From positions 33,790,001-33,854,000 of the forward strand of contig NW_027266308.1 of NCBI RefSeq assembly GCF_022045235.1: a DNA stretch of 64,000 bases. The letters run 5' to 3'. Below are positions 12,244 through 22,510 of the stretch, piece after piece; positions within the stretch are counted from its first letter, which is position 1; each line of letters opens with the position of its first letter. A program made the translations under genes and the position numbers. The notes under the pieces are model-generated. The model was not told where the DNA came from and did not search any database. It saw only the letters and a list, made by a program, of their open reading frames with translations. This stretch comes from Haliotis cracherodii (taxonomy: Eukaryota).

Positions 12244-15200
12244 CGACACACCACAAACNNNNNNNNNNNNNNNNNNNNNNNNNNNNNNNNNNNNNNNNNN
12301 NNNNNNNNNNNNNNNNNNNNNNNNNNNNNNNNNNNNNNNNNNNNNNNNNNNNNNNNNNNNNNNNNNNNNNNNNNNNNNNNNNNNNNNNNNNNNNNNNNNN
12401 NNNNNNNNNNNNNNNNNNNNNNNNNNNNNNNNNNNNNNNNNNNNNNNNNNNNNNNNNNNNNNNNCTGGCCAGTTCTAAGCCCACCCATCATATTGGTGAC
12501 CCTAACTACTCCTTAGTGCATTCCATACTACTTACAATACACCTGTAGGGATTCCAGGTAAGAACATAGGTCCCCAACCTGTGCTAGTTGTAAGAGATGA
12601 ATGAATTAATGGTTAGGCTCAGTGACTTGGTGACATGGTTGATTGCCTGTCACCGTATCCTAATTGCATGGATCGTTGTCCATGTTTACTGGATTGTCTT
12701 GTCCATACTCGATTATTTACAGACCTCCTTCATATAGCTGGCATATTGCTGAGTGCGGCTTTAAACTTCCAATATTGAATTTTCTACTTGTTTGTATTTT
12801 GTTCCAGCAAAGTGTCATCAGTTATCTTGCTGTTTTACTGAAGGAAGAAAAATCCGGAAAGTTAAAAACTTTGTATCCATTATTTTCGGTAAGTTGATCA
12901 CATTCATGGGAGACACAATGACTAGACTGAATGTATCTACATAGGATTCAGCCTGGAGTACTGGCTAACTGGACCAACTGGTCTGGGGATGACGTCATGG
13001 GTTCACCCTTATGATCACCCACGTTCTATCCAGAGATACACCTCTACAAAAACTTGGGATATCCAATTAAGGGGTTGCTGGGGTAGCCCAGTCGTCAATG
13101 TGTTTGCTCATCATGCTGAAGGGCCAGGTTCAATTTCCAATATGAGTACAATGTATGACGCCCATTTCTGGTTGTTTCACAATTTTATTTGCCGAGAAAT
13201 AAGTGGTGTTGGTTCTTGCTTGCTCAACTTCCAATCATATTTCAGACTATTGCATTTTTCTGTTGGAACTTCACCATAAAAGTAAACATCTTTTTTTCCT
13301 GTTTTGCCAAGCTCTTACATGTTTAAGTGAAAATATATGACTTTGTAGGAATGGTCACCGCAAGTTCATTACTGAAAACTAAACAATCAAATTCTCCTGG
13401 TCGGATATGGTTTATTGCAATCATAAATGTTGTCAGTATTCAAGAAAAGACTTGAGTAGTATACAGAATTATGTCTTTATATCCAATATACAGTCAGTAT
13501 CTCTTTCACACTTCAACACCCTTCTTGAGATTCTACTGGCAATACAATGCATTGTTATACACACTTAATGATAGATACCTTAAATATTCAGCTTTTACAA
13601 ACATTCAATGTGCATCAACATTTCCTGGGCACTGGCTAGAAGTATTATTCAATAACTTTAAATCATCTTTCAGTATGGAAAATGTTTCCATGTTTTTCAC
13701 AACATATCTTGTATGCAGACTTTTCTCAAATATGAATCATCAAATTAATCACTTCACAATACAGTCAAGTCTGTAAATACATATGAACATGAATATCATG
13801 ATATGTTAACTATTAATGTGTAGTTTGATGTTTGTTAAAGGGGAAGTGTACACGCAAAAATCACTTTCTTTCTTTTTCTTAACAAAACGCAATTTTAGAA
13901 TTAGTTAGTATCTGTGTTTGAAAATATACACTCATTTTTTTTCACAGTGAAAGTAGGAAGCTCACAATAGTGTGAAAGTGATATGCCGTTATGAGGCCTT
14001 CGTTTTACGAGCGAAATAGGCCTGAGTTATCCCCCTTAGATTATGACGTAATTGGTGCCAATTCAACTGGGTCCCTGTCTATCCTCAACGCAAAAGATAT
14101 CAAGAACCAGTTTGCGGTAAAACAACATGGTCTACGACACACTCCGGCGCAGTGGTGACTCAGCATAACACAATTCTGGCTGGCATCTGAGATGCTAGAA
14201 TCACAAAACTGTACCTACACCACGTGAAGCGGCTCTAACAAAGCATGATGATGTCATAATGTTTATCAATTGGCACCAATGACGTCATATTGCAAGGGAC
14301 ATAAGCTATGGTGTTTTTGTTATGGAAATAGAACATTTGGTAAATGTGAAAAATATAAATCGTTTTAGTGCAAAAAATATGTTAATTAAATATGATGTTT
14401 TTATATTTTTGTCTATGACACTTCTATGTTACCGGTAACACTTTTAATGTGGAAAAAGTACAAGAAAAAAAGGTTCATTTCCGTGTGAACTTGCCCTTTA
14501 AAGTTGGTAATCTATGTGCCAGTGTGACCAGCGTCTGTAGCTCCACTTGGTCCTTGAATACAGATCTGTAGGAGGCATACTGACATGACTTGGCTGTGCT
14601 CATACAATGGCTAGACCACTTTGTAGTTGAGCTTCAGTTACTTTATAGAGAGTTGACACCACTTTGAACAGTATTTTAGTTACATCACTCCATGTCTTGT
14701 TTCATCATCATGTTGACCAGGAAGGACAGTGATGGGATGCAGGTCTTAAATGTTCACCACTAAACCAAGAATCATATTCATAATTATCATAGGTCACATT
14801 TGGGATTCAAACCCAAAACCATACTCTCTGGCCACCCCCGGGACCACCTCTGTCTGTGGTGAAGCGCAGCACCTCAGGTTACTATGCCAACCATACCACC
14901 CGTAGCCAAGGTATCTTTAATATTACACTCTTCAGTAGTAACCTTGTAACAAACCAGGGATTTACCTGGGGTATTTATTTTGGTGGTCCAGGGAACTCAC
15001 AACCTTTAATTACAGTACCAGTTAGAAAACATGGGATTCCCATTGAATTGACAAATATTGAAGATAACAATCTTATTTCAAACAAAGCAGCTTAATTCCT
15101 TGCTTGTTCTCGTCTTATTTAATATGTAAATTGTAATTTGATGTACAAGTTGAGACTCATGATTGTTTGAATCTGAAGACATACTTGAACTTTCCCTTTC

Positions 15201-18200
15201 AAAAAAACATTTACAACTCTTCTTGTTCTGCCAATGCCATGCTTTGATGCACACACTTCCCCACGATCATCAATAGGTACTCCAGTTCAAATAGAATATA
15301 AACTTGTGCAAGCTGAAAGGAAATTGATGTAAGACAAGTGGTGGCATATTATGAAATCGCAGCATAAACATGCATACAAATTTTTCTGCGTCCAAGTGGA
15401 TGCACTTTGCATTTCTTTAGCATCCATGTTTACGAGTCAAGGACCCAAGATTTTGCGTCCCGCAAACTGGACACTTCAAGATTAAGTTTGGAGAGGTGAA
15501 CAACAATAACAGATGCTAAAAGACTGGAACTAGGAAAACACCCAAAAACATTAAACTAATAAACATGGATAATTTTAAATCTGTGGATCTTATTGCATTT
15601 CATCACCACATTAAACATGTTAAAACACTTGAGCTAGAAGTTGGACGTTCTAGAAGGCACAATTTGTATAATCATTGAGTAAACCATGTCATATTTTGTA
15701 CTTAATCGCATTTCTAGATATAGAAGCCCTGCCTATGCATACTTTGTGTGCGTAATAACTTGATGCAAAATTATGTAACAAGACAATACACTTTGTAACC
15801 CTTTTACACACTTATAATCAGTTTTTGAAATTTAGCATTGCTCTAATGTTGGAAGGTAAAGATGTGTAGGGGCCCTTGATTCAAATACCATAGGAGCAAA
15901 CCTACAGGACACCCCCGCACCCCTAATTTCAAACTCTGACTATTTCATTGTTACCCTGTACAGTGTCCTTGATTGATATTATTCACGTGCTGATCTGTCC
16001 TCTTATCTGTTTGTATATTCTACCACAAAATACTCCATTCACATCCAAAGCTGTGGATAAAACATCTAATTTCTAAATAAAATGAGACAAAACAAATGCC
16101 CTTATATCACCTCTCAAGTACACCTGCATTCATAATTCAGTAAATGATTACCGAGAGCGGTTCCCTACCAAACCAATCAATATCATCTTCCCAAGGCAAG
16201 GGAGTTAACTGACCATAAAAGTCCGATATCCATCCTTTGCCTAACTAGATTGGAATTTCTGGGCTCAATCGCAGTACCACTAGTGGCTATTACGAGTTAT
16301 TTCTCTTCTATGTCCCCCCTATTGATTCCAACTCTTTTATCACTTGCATTTGCTTCAAACAAAATGGTGGTGCCCAGTCAAGACAATCTGATCAATAATC
16401 AAAATCTATATTGTGATAAAATGGGTCTTAATGCACAAAGTGCATCAAATCAGGTGAGCACTTGAGTAAAAACATGAGGAGATTCGGAAATATTTGCTGA
16501 CATCAAGTTGACGGTACACATGCTTTGCAAATTCTGCAACCAACTGAAATCTGCATGGCAGTTTACCAACCAGATGTCAATTTCGTTATGCAATGTTGAT
16601 TGGACAATGCATAGAATCGTTAGTCCAGCCAAAATAAAACTCCATAAGCCCAGCCTAGTTTGGCAAGGATGGAAACAGGACTTTTATGGTCATTTCAGTC
16701 CCTTCCCTCCGGAAAATGTTCAATATTTAAGACATCCTATAACAAATGGGAAAACTCATGTCCCTTTTCATTATGCCAAAAATTAGCATAAGATAATATT
16801 GGAGTTGTCCGTGGCTGCAACAAAATATATCCCGATTACGATCAACTTGCATGTATATATGTATCCTACTGTAAATAAACCCAAACCCAAACAATAGGCT
16901 TCTCAAACATGTCAAACAACGTGCACAAATTTAACAATCAACAACTATTGTTCAACTGAGAAAGTTCATTTCGCCGTTCATAACGAGCATAGTCCAAAAT
17001 ACTTTGCACCTGCAATATTGTAATATAGTCAATGTTTTTAGACTCCAACCACTGAAGGCCGATCTCAAATGCTTTGACTGCCTCGGCATTGGATGGAATC
17101 TTTGACTGGCTGTCCTCCTCATCCTCACTGGGCTCCTGCTCCATGGGTTCAGATGGGACTTCCTGTTCTTCATTCTCAGTAGCACCTATTGTGGAGATAT
17201 CTGTGGTTGGGAGATTCTCATTGAGGCCGGTCCATTCCTTGATGGTTGCTACGGATGTCTCAATGCCTGCTGCCTCCAGTCTCTCCTGAAACAGCTTCTC
17301 AGAATCAGCTTTGTTTCTGCCGCTGGCATCGGCAAGAGGAGTTGATTCTTCATCAGCAGGATCAGAACCACCAGCTAGGGGGTCGAACACCATGGGCAGA
17401 CACTTATGCCACATCTTTTCGATTGTTCGTGGTTTAATGGCAGACCATGCCTTCTCTCCAATATACATCATCCTCTTCAGTGAAAGGTGACGAAGAAATA
17501 GTTTCACATCAGTTTCGGTTGTCACCACCTCCTTGATTAACTCAGTCCTGTAGCTTGACTTAAAGGTGGCCATTAATCCATGGTCTAGGGGCTGAACAAC
17601 TGAGGTAGTGTCTTTTGGCAAGAAAATGACCTGGATATTCCCATCTGGAGAAACCAGAACATCACCAGATGGATGAGCAGGATTCTCATCTAAGAGCAAC
17701 ACGGCTTTCTCGTCCAATTTCTTTTCTCTCTGATAGTGCCTCACTTCAGGAATAAAACATGTTATGAACCAGTCCATGAAAATTGCAGATGTCATCCAGG
17801 CATTGTGGCTACATTTATACCAAAAAGGCAATTTTGATACATTTACATGTTGGAAGCCCCTAGGCGATCTATACTTCCCGACACAGAGAGGCTTCAGTTT
17901 GTGCTGGCCTGTTTTATTCAAACAGAACAGCATTGTCACCCGGTCTCTGATTCTCTTGCTGTTTGCACAGCTAGGTTCATCTGACGGAACAAGAAAGTTA
18001 TTGTCTGGAAGAAGTTTGTAGAAAAACCCAGTCTCATCACATGTGTACACTTGTTCATCATTGTAACCACCAGAAAGTAAAAGTTCCCTCACTTTCTGAC
18101 AGAACTGGTGAACCTTCTCGTCAGCAGCTGACACATCCTGGTTCTTAAGAACTTGATCATATGGGAAATGCAGGATTTCCTCCTTGTATCCCAGTGTTGG

Positions 18201-20978
18201 CACATTCTTTGCATCGTCTTCATCTGGATCTCTCTGCTTGCCAAGGTTATGACGTTTCTGAAATCTGTACAACCATCCAGCACTAGCTTTGAAATTATTT
18301 TCACCATTAATGTCTTTATTTAATTCATCAGCTTTGATCTTCAACATGGCTCCTGTGACATTCATTCCACGTTCCTTCTGCTGCAAGTACCAGCTATGCA
18401 GAACTGAATCAAGTAATGTATCTTTTGCTGTCCTTGCTTTCTTTTTCTTAATGTCAACATTGTATGCAAATGTACGCAGTTTGTCCTCATCTTTCATCCA
18501 ACCTCTAAGTGTAGAATCAGGAATTCCCATGTCTCTCAGAATCTTTGATCTTGGTTCACCTGCTTTTACTCTTTCAACGGTATTTAGTTTTTCTTTGATA
18601 GAGTATGCCTTCCTTTTTAGCTTACGAGGAGAAACATGTAATGGTTTGGGAACCATTGATACATTTTTCAGTACCTCTGCCAGGTCGATTTGTTCCTCTT
18701 TGCTCATTGCTGAGAGAGGGTCAGGGGTTGGCACAGCTGCAGTAGAAGATCGCGTTTTTGTTGGTGACATTTTAGCTGCTGAACGAGGGGATGTATTTTT
18801 GCGTGATGTTTTACCACCTGAAGGCCTGCCCCTTCTTCCATGTTTTGGACCAACATCTGTTAGTTCATTCAATTTTGCTTGTTTGGTAGGGGGCGGAGCC
18901 TGAACTCGGGTCTGAGGCAAAACCTGAGGCTGAGGTGTTATGGGCGGTGTATTCACTACAGCTTGAGCGAGCTGTGCATGATGGGTAGTGATGTGTCCAG
19001 TCTGACTATCTATAACTGGTGCATGTGTCACTACTGAGTATGCTGCAACAGAATGAGGAGCATGCAACATAGTGTCTTGTGCATTGATTATTTGCTGATG
19101 TCCATCTTGAATAGATATGTTTGGGACCATCTGGATCTGACTTGGAGTCCTTGCAGATATAGTAGTAGGAACAACAACATGGGTTTCTGGTTGGAGTTTA
19201 CTTGATTCCAAAGCAGCAGATATTATGTTGTTATCACTTTGCATTGTTGCTGCTAACCTATCTTGTTGAAGGGGCACAGAAGTTACTGACCGGACGGATG
19301 TCATATGAACTGTAGTAGCCATCATTGTTGATGGGTCAATCATGGTGACGTTATTAGCAGGTGCTGTGGGTGGTGGTGTGTGCCTGATTGGCTCCTCAAT
19401 TGTTTGGCGGAGCTGTCCTTCTATTGTTTGCCTTATCGGCGCTTCAAGTGTCTGTCTTATTGCTGGGGAGTCAATATTTTGACGAAGGGGTGCTTCCAGG
19501 GTGGCCCCACCATAAACTGGTGCAGATGTGTGGTAACTAGTTGGGTAGTTTCTTGGAACAACCTGGGATGCTAATGGCCTGGGTATGCCATCAGGATTTG
19601 ACACCCCCAAAGGTTGTGGAGGTGCTGCATTGCTCAGTCCCACATATGAGTTCCATGTCATGACAGGCGGTATGTTGGACGGTGCTGCCAAGCTGCTTAT
19701 CGGAGGCATGGGAGTGTTAACCCCATGTGTGTCATGACTGACACTTGCAGTATGAACTGGAGGCGGGTCGGTCGACATGTTAACTCACCAAATAATACAC
19801 AGTTTAAAATTATGAAAAAAATCAATGATTGTCTTCATAGGTAACATATATTTTCAACACATCACCCACACCTATGGAGCGATCTGTAGGGTGAAAGTTA
19901 TCTCACTTGTCAATCGATTTTCTGAATGGAAGCAATTTTATGGCGAGCGGCGACGTTACAACGAGGCTCTCGGGCAGAGGTTGATAACAGTCTCAATTTA
20001 CCGCTTCATGCATTTTTATACTTCTCACACATCGCAGTTTTGGTTGTAAACCTTCTTCCCAATTTGTTACTTCGATCCATCCATGGGAATAGTTCTTCTT
20101 AACTTCTTTTGAAGCCGGACAAATTTTGATACAGATGCGGCCCAAGAAAACTATAACGCCATTTTTGTCATGCGTAATGAGTACTTCCTGTTTTCGCGCG
20201 CCTGCTAAATTCAGGGTTACTTCCCTTAGATCACACTGTCACCTCTTATCAATGATTCCTCGGGACTACCGTGAATAACACGCCCTCACCTTGTGCAATG
20301 TTAATGTTGATGTTGTCTTCTTGAAGTAAGTCACAATACCACAGCTTTCATTTCACTGTCACCAAAGGCAGTGAAATAACAAATAAGAACAGCAAAATAT
20401 AGTTGAACACATGATGAAAAAAACACTTGACCACTACCAAACAGTGTTATCATATGCANNNNNNNNNNNNNNNNNNNNNNNNNNNNNNNNNNNNNNNNNN
20501 NNNNNNNNNNNNNNNNNNNNNNNNNNNNNNNNNNNNNNNNNNNNNNNNNNNNNNNNNNNNNNNNNNNNNNNNNNNNNNNNNNNNNNNNNNNNNNNNNNNN
20601 NNNNNNNNNNNNNNNNNNNNNCAGTACTATATCCATTTATATAGTACTATGACCACGTTAGTGACAATTTATATCTTGCTGCTATATTTTGCCTAACAAG
20701 CCCCTGTGATCATGTGAAATACGGTCTGTTTTAAATAGAAATCAAAACTCTCATCTCCGAAATAATACCGCTTATTGTATCCGTCATTTTTGTAGGCCCA
20801 CTAAGGTCTTCTAACCCCTTGTTATTACACATTTACCAGTTAAAAAACATCTTCGAGCAAAATCGCCTTAGCTGTAATGTTAGCTTCATGTTGCTTTCAG
20901 AACTCCAGGTATGGGATGGACTGTCTCACAGCAGTGTATGAGGTCTCGCAAGAAAAGCTCTTCCCAAAACGCACATGA
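9138..20978 (+). CDS. PIGH: Phosphatidylinositol N-acetylglucosaminyltransferase subunit H (GPI-GnT subunit PIG-H)
   Basis: Exons 9138-9287, 9591-9669, 10910-11037, 12808-12888, 20901-20978, GT-AG and in frame. Two hydrophobic TM segments, then KVHREVILILPTVGVQLKTEYMLG..KFIDLSHIRDIIINEAITMQSVISYLAVLLK...LYPLFS-NSRYGMDCLTAVYEVSQEKLFPKRT*. Matches the PIG-H motifs (DIVINEAI; DCL..VY...QE). The last exon is less certain (~0.75). Confidence 0.88.
12197..12241. repeat. (CA)n microsatellite next to an assembly gap
   Basis: Direct reading. Confidence 0.95.
12259..12464. other. Assembly gap (N run)
   Basis: 206 N. Confidence 1.
13839..14497. mobile_element. Kolobok-like foldback MITE
   Basis: TTAA flanks; degenerate TIRs AGGGGAAGTGTACACG / CGTGTGAACTTGCCCT; inner inverted repeat ATGACGTAATTGGTGCCAATT / AATTGGCACCAATGACGTCAT. 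Confidence 0.7.
16184..16718. mobile_element. Non-autonomous DNA transposon M1 (older copy), just downstream of the nested gene's stop codon
   Basis: Colinear with 4050-4585; degenerate TIRs; tcaatat repeated on both flanks. Confidence 0.8.
16938..19778 (-). CDS. Intronless pogo/Tigger transposase-derived protein (CENP-B/Jerky/TIGD-like), 946 aa, probably domesticated
   Basis: Single uninterrupted ORF. Domain order: ~380-aa P/T/Q/A-rich N-terminus; AT-hook-like GRRGRPS; CENP-B_N/psq HTH (KRKAYSIKEK...GIPDSTLRGW); second HTH (FKASAGWLYRFQKRH); DDE_1 domain (CDETG...LLLDENPAHP...VQPLDHG); acidic linker; TIGD-like C-terminal helix (PSNAEAVKAFEIGLQWLE). No TIRs seen around it. Confidence 0.93.
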   Translation of the reverse strand: MSTDPPPVHTASVSHDTHGVNTPMPPISSLAAPSNIPPVMTWNSYVGLSNAAPPQPLGVSNPDGIPRPLASQVVPRNYPTSYHTSAPVYGGATLEAPLRQNIDSPAIRQTLEAPIRQTIEGQLRQTIEEPIRHTPPPTAPANNVTMIDPSTMMATTVHMTSVRSVTSVPLQQDRLAATMQSDNNIISAALESSKLQPETHVVVPTTISARTPSQIQMVPNISIQDGHQQIINAQDTMLHAPHSVAAYSVVTHAPVIDSQTGHITTHHAQLAQAVVNTPPITPQPQVLPQTRVQAPPPTKQAKLNELTDVGPKHGRRGRPSGGKTSRKNTSPRSAAKMSPTKTRSSTAAVPTPDPLSAMSKEEQIDLAEVLKNVSMVPKPLHVSPRKLKRKAYSIKEKLNTVERVKAGEPRSKILRDMGIPDSTLRGWMKDEDKLRTFAYNVDIKKKKARTAKDTLLDSVLHSWYLQQKERGMNVTGAMLKIKADELNKDINGENNFKASAGWLYRFQKRHNLGKQRDPDEDDAKNVPTLGYKEEILHFPYDQVLKNQDVSAADEKVHQFCQKVRELLLSGGYNDEQVYTCDETGFFYKLLPDNNFLVPSDEPSCANSKRIRDRVTMLFCLNKTGQHKLKPLCVGKYRSPRGFQHVNVSKLPFWYKCSHNAWMTSAIFMDWFITCFIPEVRHYQREKKLDEKAVLLLDENPAHPSGDVLVSPDGNIQVIFLPKDTTSVVQPLDHGLMATFKSSYRTELIKEVVTTETDVKLFLRHLSLKRMMYIGEKAWSAIKPRTIEKMWHKCLPMVFDPLAGGSDPADEESTPLADASGRNKADSEKLFQERLEAAGIETSVATIKEWTGLNENLPTTDISTIGATENEEQEVPSEPMEQEPSEDEEDSQSKIPSNAEAVKAFEIGLQWLESKNIDYITILQVQSILDYARYERRNELSQLNNSC
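20100..20230 (-). promoter_or_regulatory. Putative core promoter of the nested Tigger-derived gene
   Basis: CpG-enriched patch ~400 bp upstream of the ATG with clustered motifs: YY1-like CGCCATTTT (20157-20165), ETS-like ACTTCCTG (20183-20190), E2F-like TTTTCGCGCG (20191-20200). Confidence 0.55.
20459..20621. other. Assembly gap (N run)
   Basis: 163 N. Confidence 1.
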
Positions 20979-21495
20979 TGGACGATGCTGCAGAATTGCG
21001 TGCATACTAAGTCATCGCGATACGCTGTGCCTTAGTGCGATACAGACGATGCATGCACATATATAGAAACATCTTGAACATGATAAGGAATTGTTGATAA
21101 TGATTTTGGACGGCATGTGAAAATGCTGGCAAGCTTTTGTTAAATTAACCGACGCAAACAGACCAAACGTGTCTTCACCAGACGAAGTCAGTTGTTCATG
21201 TATGGTATCGGAAGTTACTATGGAGATATGTATTCAGTCGCGACCAAGTGTATCTCCACAACCCTACACATAGACGTTCACAATGACTGTGTGAGTGATC
21301 TATGTTTTACGATGTACTCGACAGTATTTCGGTGACATCAGGGCGTGTCAGAAACAAAATGTGGGAAACAAAGCTCAAAGAGGATCCAGGTATGGGACGT
21401 TATGTCTAACAGCGCTTGAGACTACTGGGTAATCGTGCTCCCTTAATTACTATGAGTGAGTTTTGTTTCACGCTGTTGTGAGCATTATTCCAGCA

Positions 21496-21529
<34 letters not shown>

Positions 21530-21969
21530 CACATATGTAGGGAATCGAACCGGGTCTCCGGCGTGAAGGGCCTGTGATGTAACCACTAGGTTATCCAACG
21601 CCACAAGTACCTTGAATCAGATGAAATATGAAGAGTACTTCTATCTTTTATATTGACAATGACATCCATAAACATAATTACCAGGGAGGTCCCTATAATT
21701 TTTGTGTGGTGATCTGTGTGGGTAAAGTGTCACGGCGTTATTGTAGTCTTCGTATTTGGCGCCCTTTTTATGTATTTACGTTTTGCACAATACAGTATTT
21801 TTACATGATTAGTTTGTTTGTTGTATAACTTCAGTGATTCCCCGCTGATCATTTAGCCCCTTACTTCGAACAATTTCACCAGGAACGGTATCAGAACAAT
21901 GGAGTTTGTATCAACTGTGTGTGTATATATATATATATATATGCTGTGACCTGTGGTAACCTTTCCTGA

Positions 21970-22272
21970 GGTGAGGTTCAAATGGGGTTTGACATCGCGT
22001 TCAAGATTGCAGCATTTACATTAGGACGTACATGTATGTATTTTCGCGCGCACTAGCCCGGGACTAATGCCACAGTTTAACATGAATACCCCACGCAGAC
22101 ACAGTATACTGACTCCGAGCCGACCAGTCCTTGTTTCAGCCCCTTAATGCCGAGTGCCAGACAGGGTAACAACAAGTATCATCTTTTAACATCTTTTTGT
22201 ATGACGCATGCAGCAGGGGATGGAATCCCCGACCATCCGCTCTCATGGCCAACGCTCTAGACCACAGAGGCA
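21970..22272 (-). mobile_element. tRNA-derived SINE with Meta/MESC-like central domain
   Basis: Minus strand shows a degenerate tRNA head, then CCCTGTCTGGCACTCGGCATTAAGGGG...GACTGGTCGGCTCGGAGTCAGTATACTGTG, which resembles the MetaSINE core as I recall it. Confidence 0.55.
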
Positions 22273-22346
22273 GTCTGTGCAGTAGTGATCAGTGTGTGAG
22301 CAACTTGCAAGGTTTGTTAATATTCCTTCAGAGCTTTAGCCCAGGA

Positions 22347-22510
22347 AGCGGTCGGGTAGCCTAGTGGTTTAAGCGTTCGCTCGTCACGTCGAAGACCGGG
22401 GTTCGATTCCCAACATGAGTACAATGTGTGAAGCCCATTTCTGGTGTCCCCCGCAGTGATATTGCTGGAATATTGCTAAAAGCGGCGTAAAACCATACTC
22501 ACTCACTCAC
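22347..22510 (+). mobile_element. tRNA-derived SINE (family B), near-consensus copy
   Basis: GCGGTCGGGTAGCCTAGTGGTT...GGTTCGATTCC...GCTGGAATATTGCTAAAAGCGGCGTAAAACCATACTCACTCACTC, highly similar to the 304-466 copy. Confidence 0.85.

Noticed and set aside
18289-18903. 204-aa plus-strand ORF
   Set aside because: Antisense shadow of the Tigger-derived CDS.
22347-22425. tRNA gene
   Set aside because: No closed acceptor stem or poly-T terminator; it continues into a SINE body and tail shared by multiple copies.
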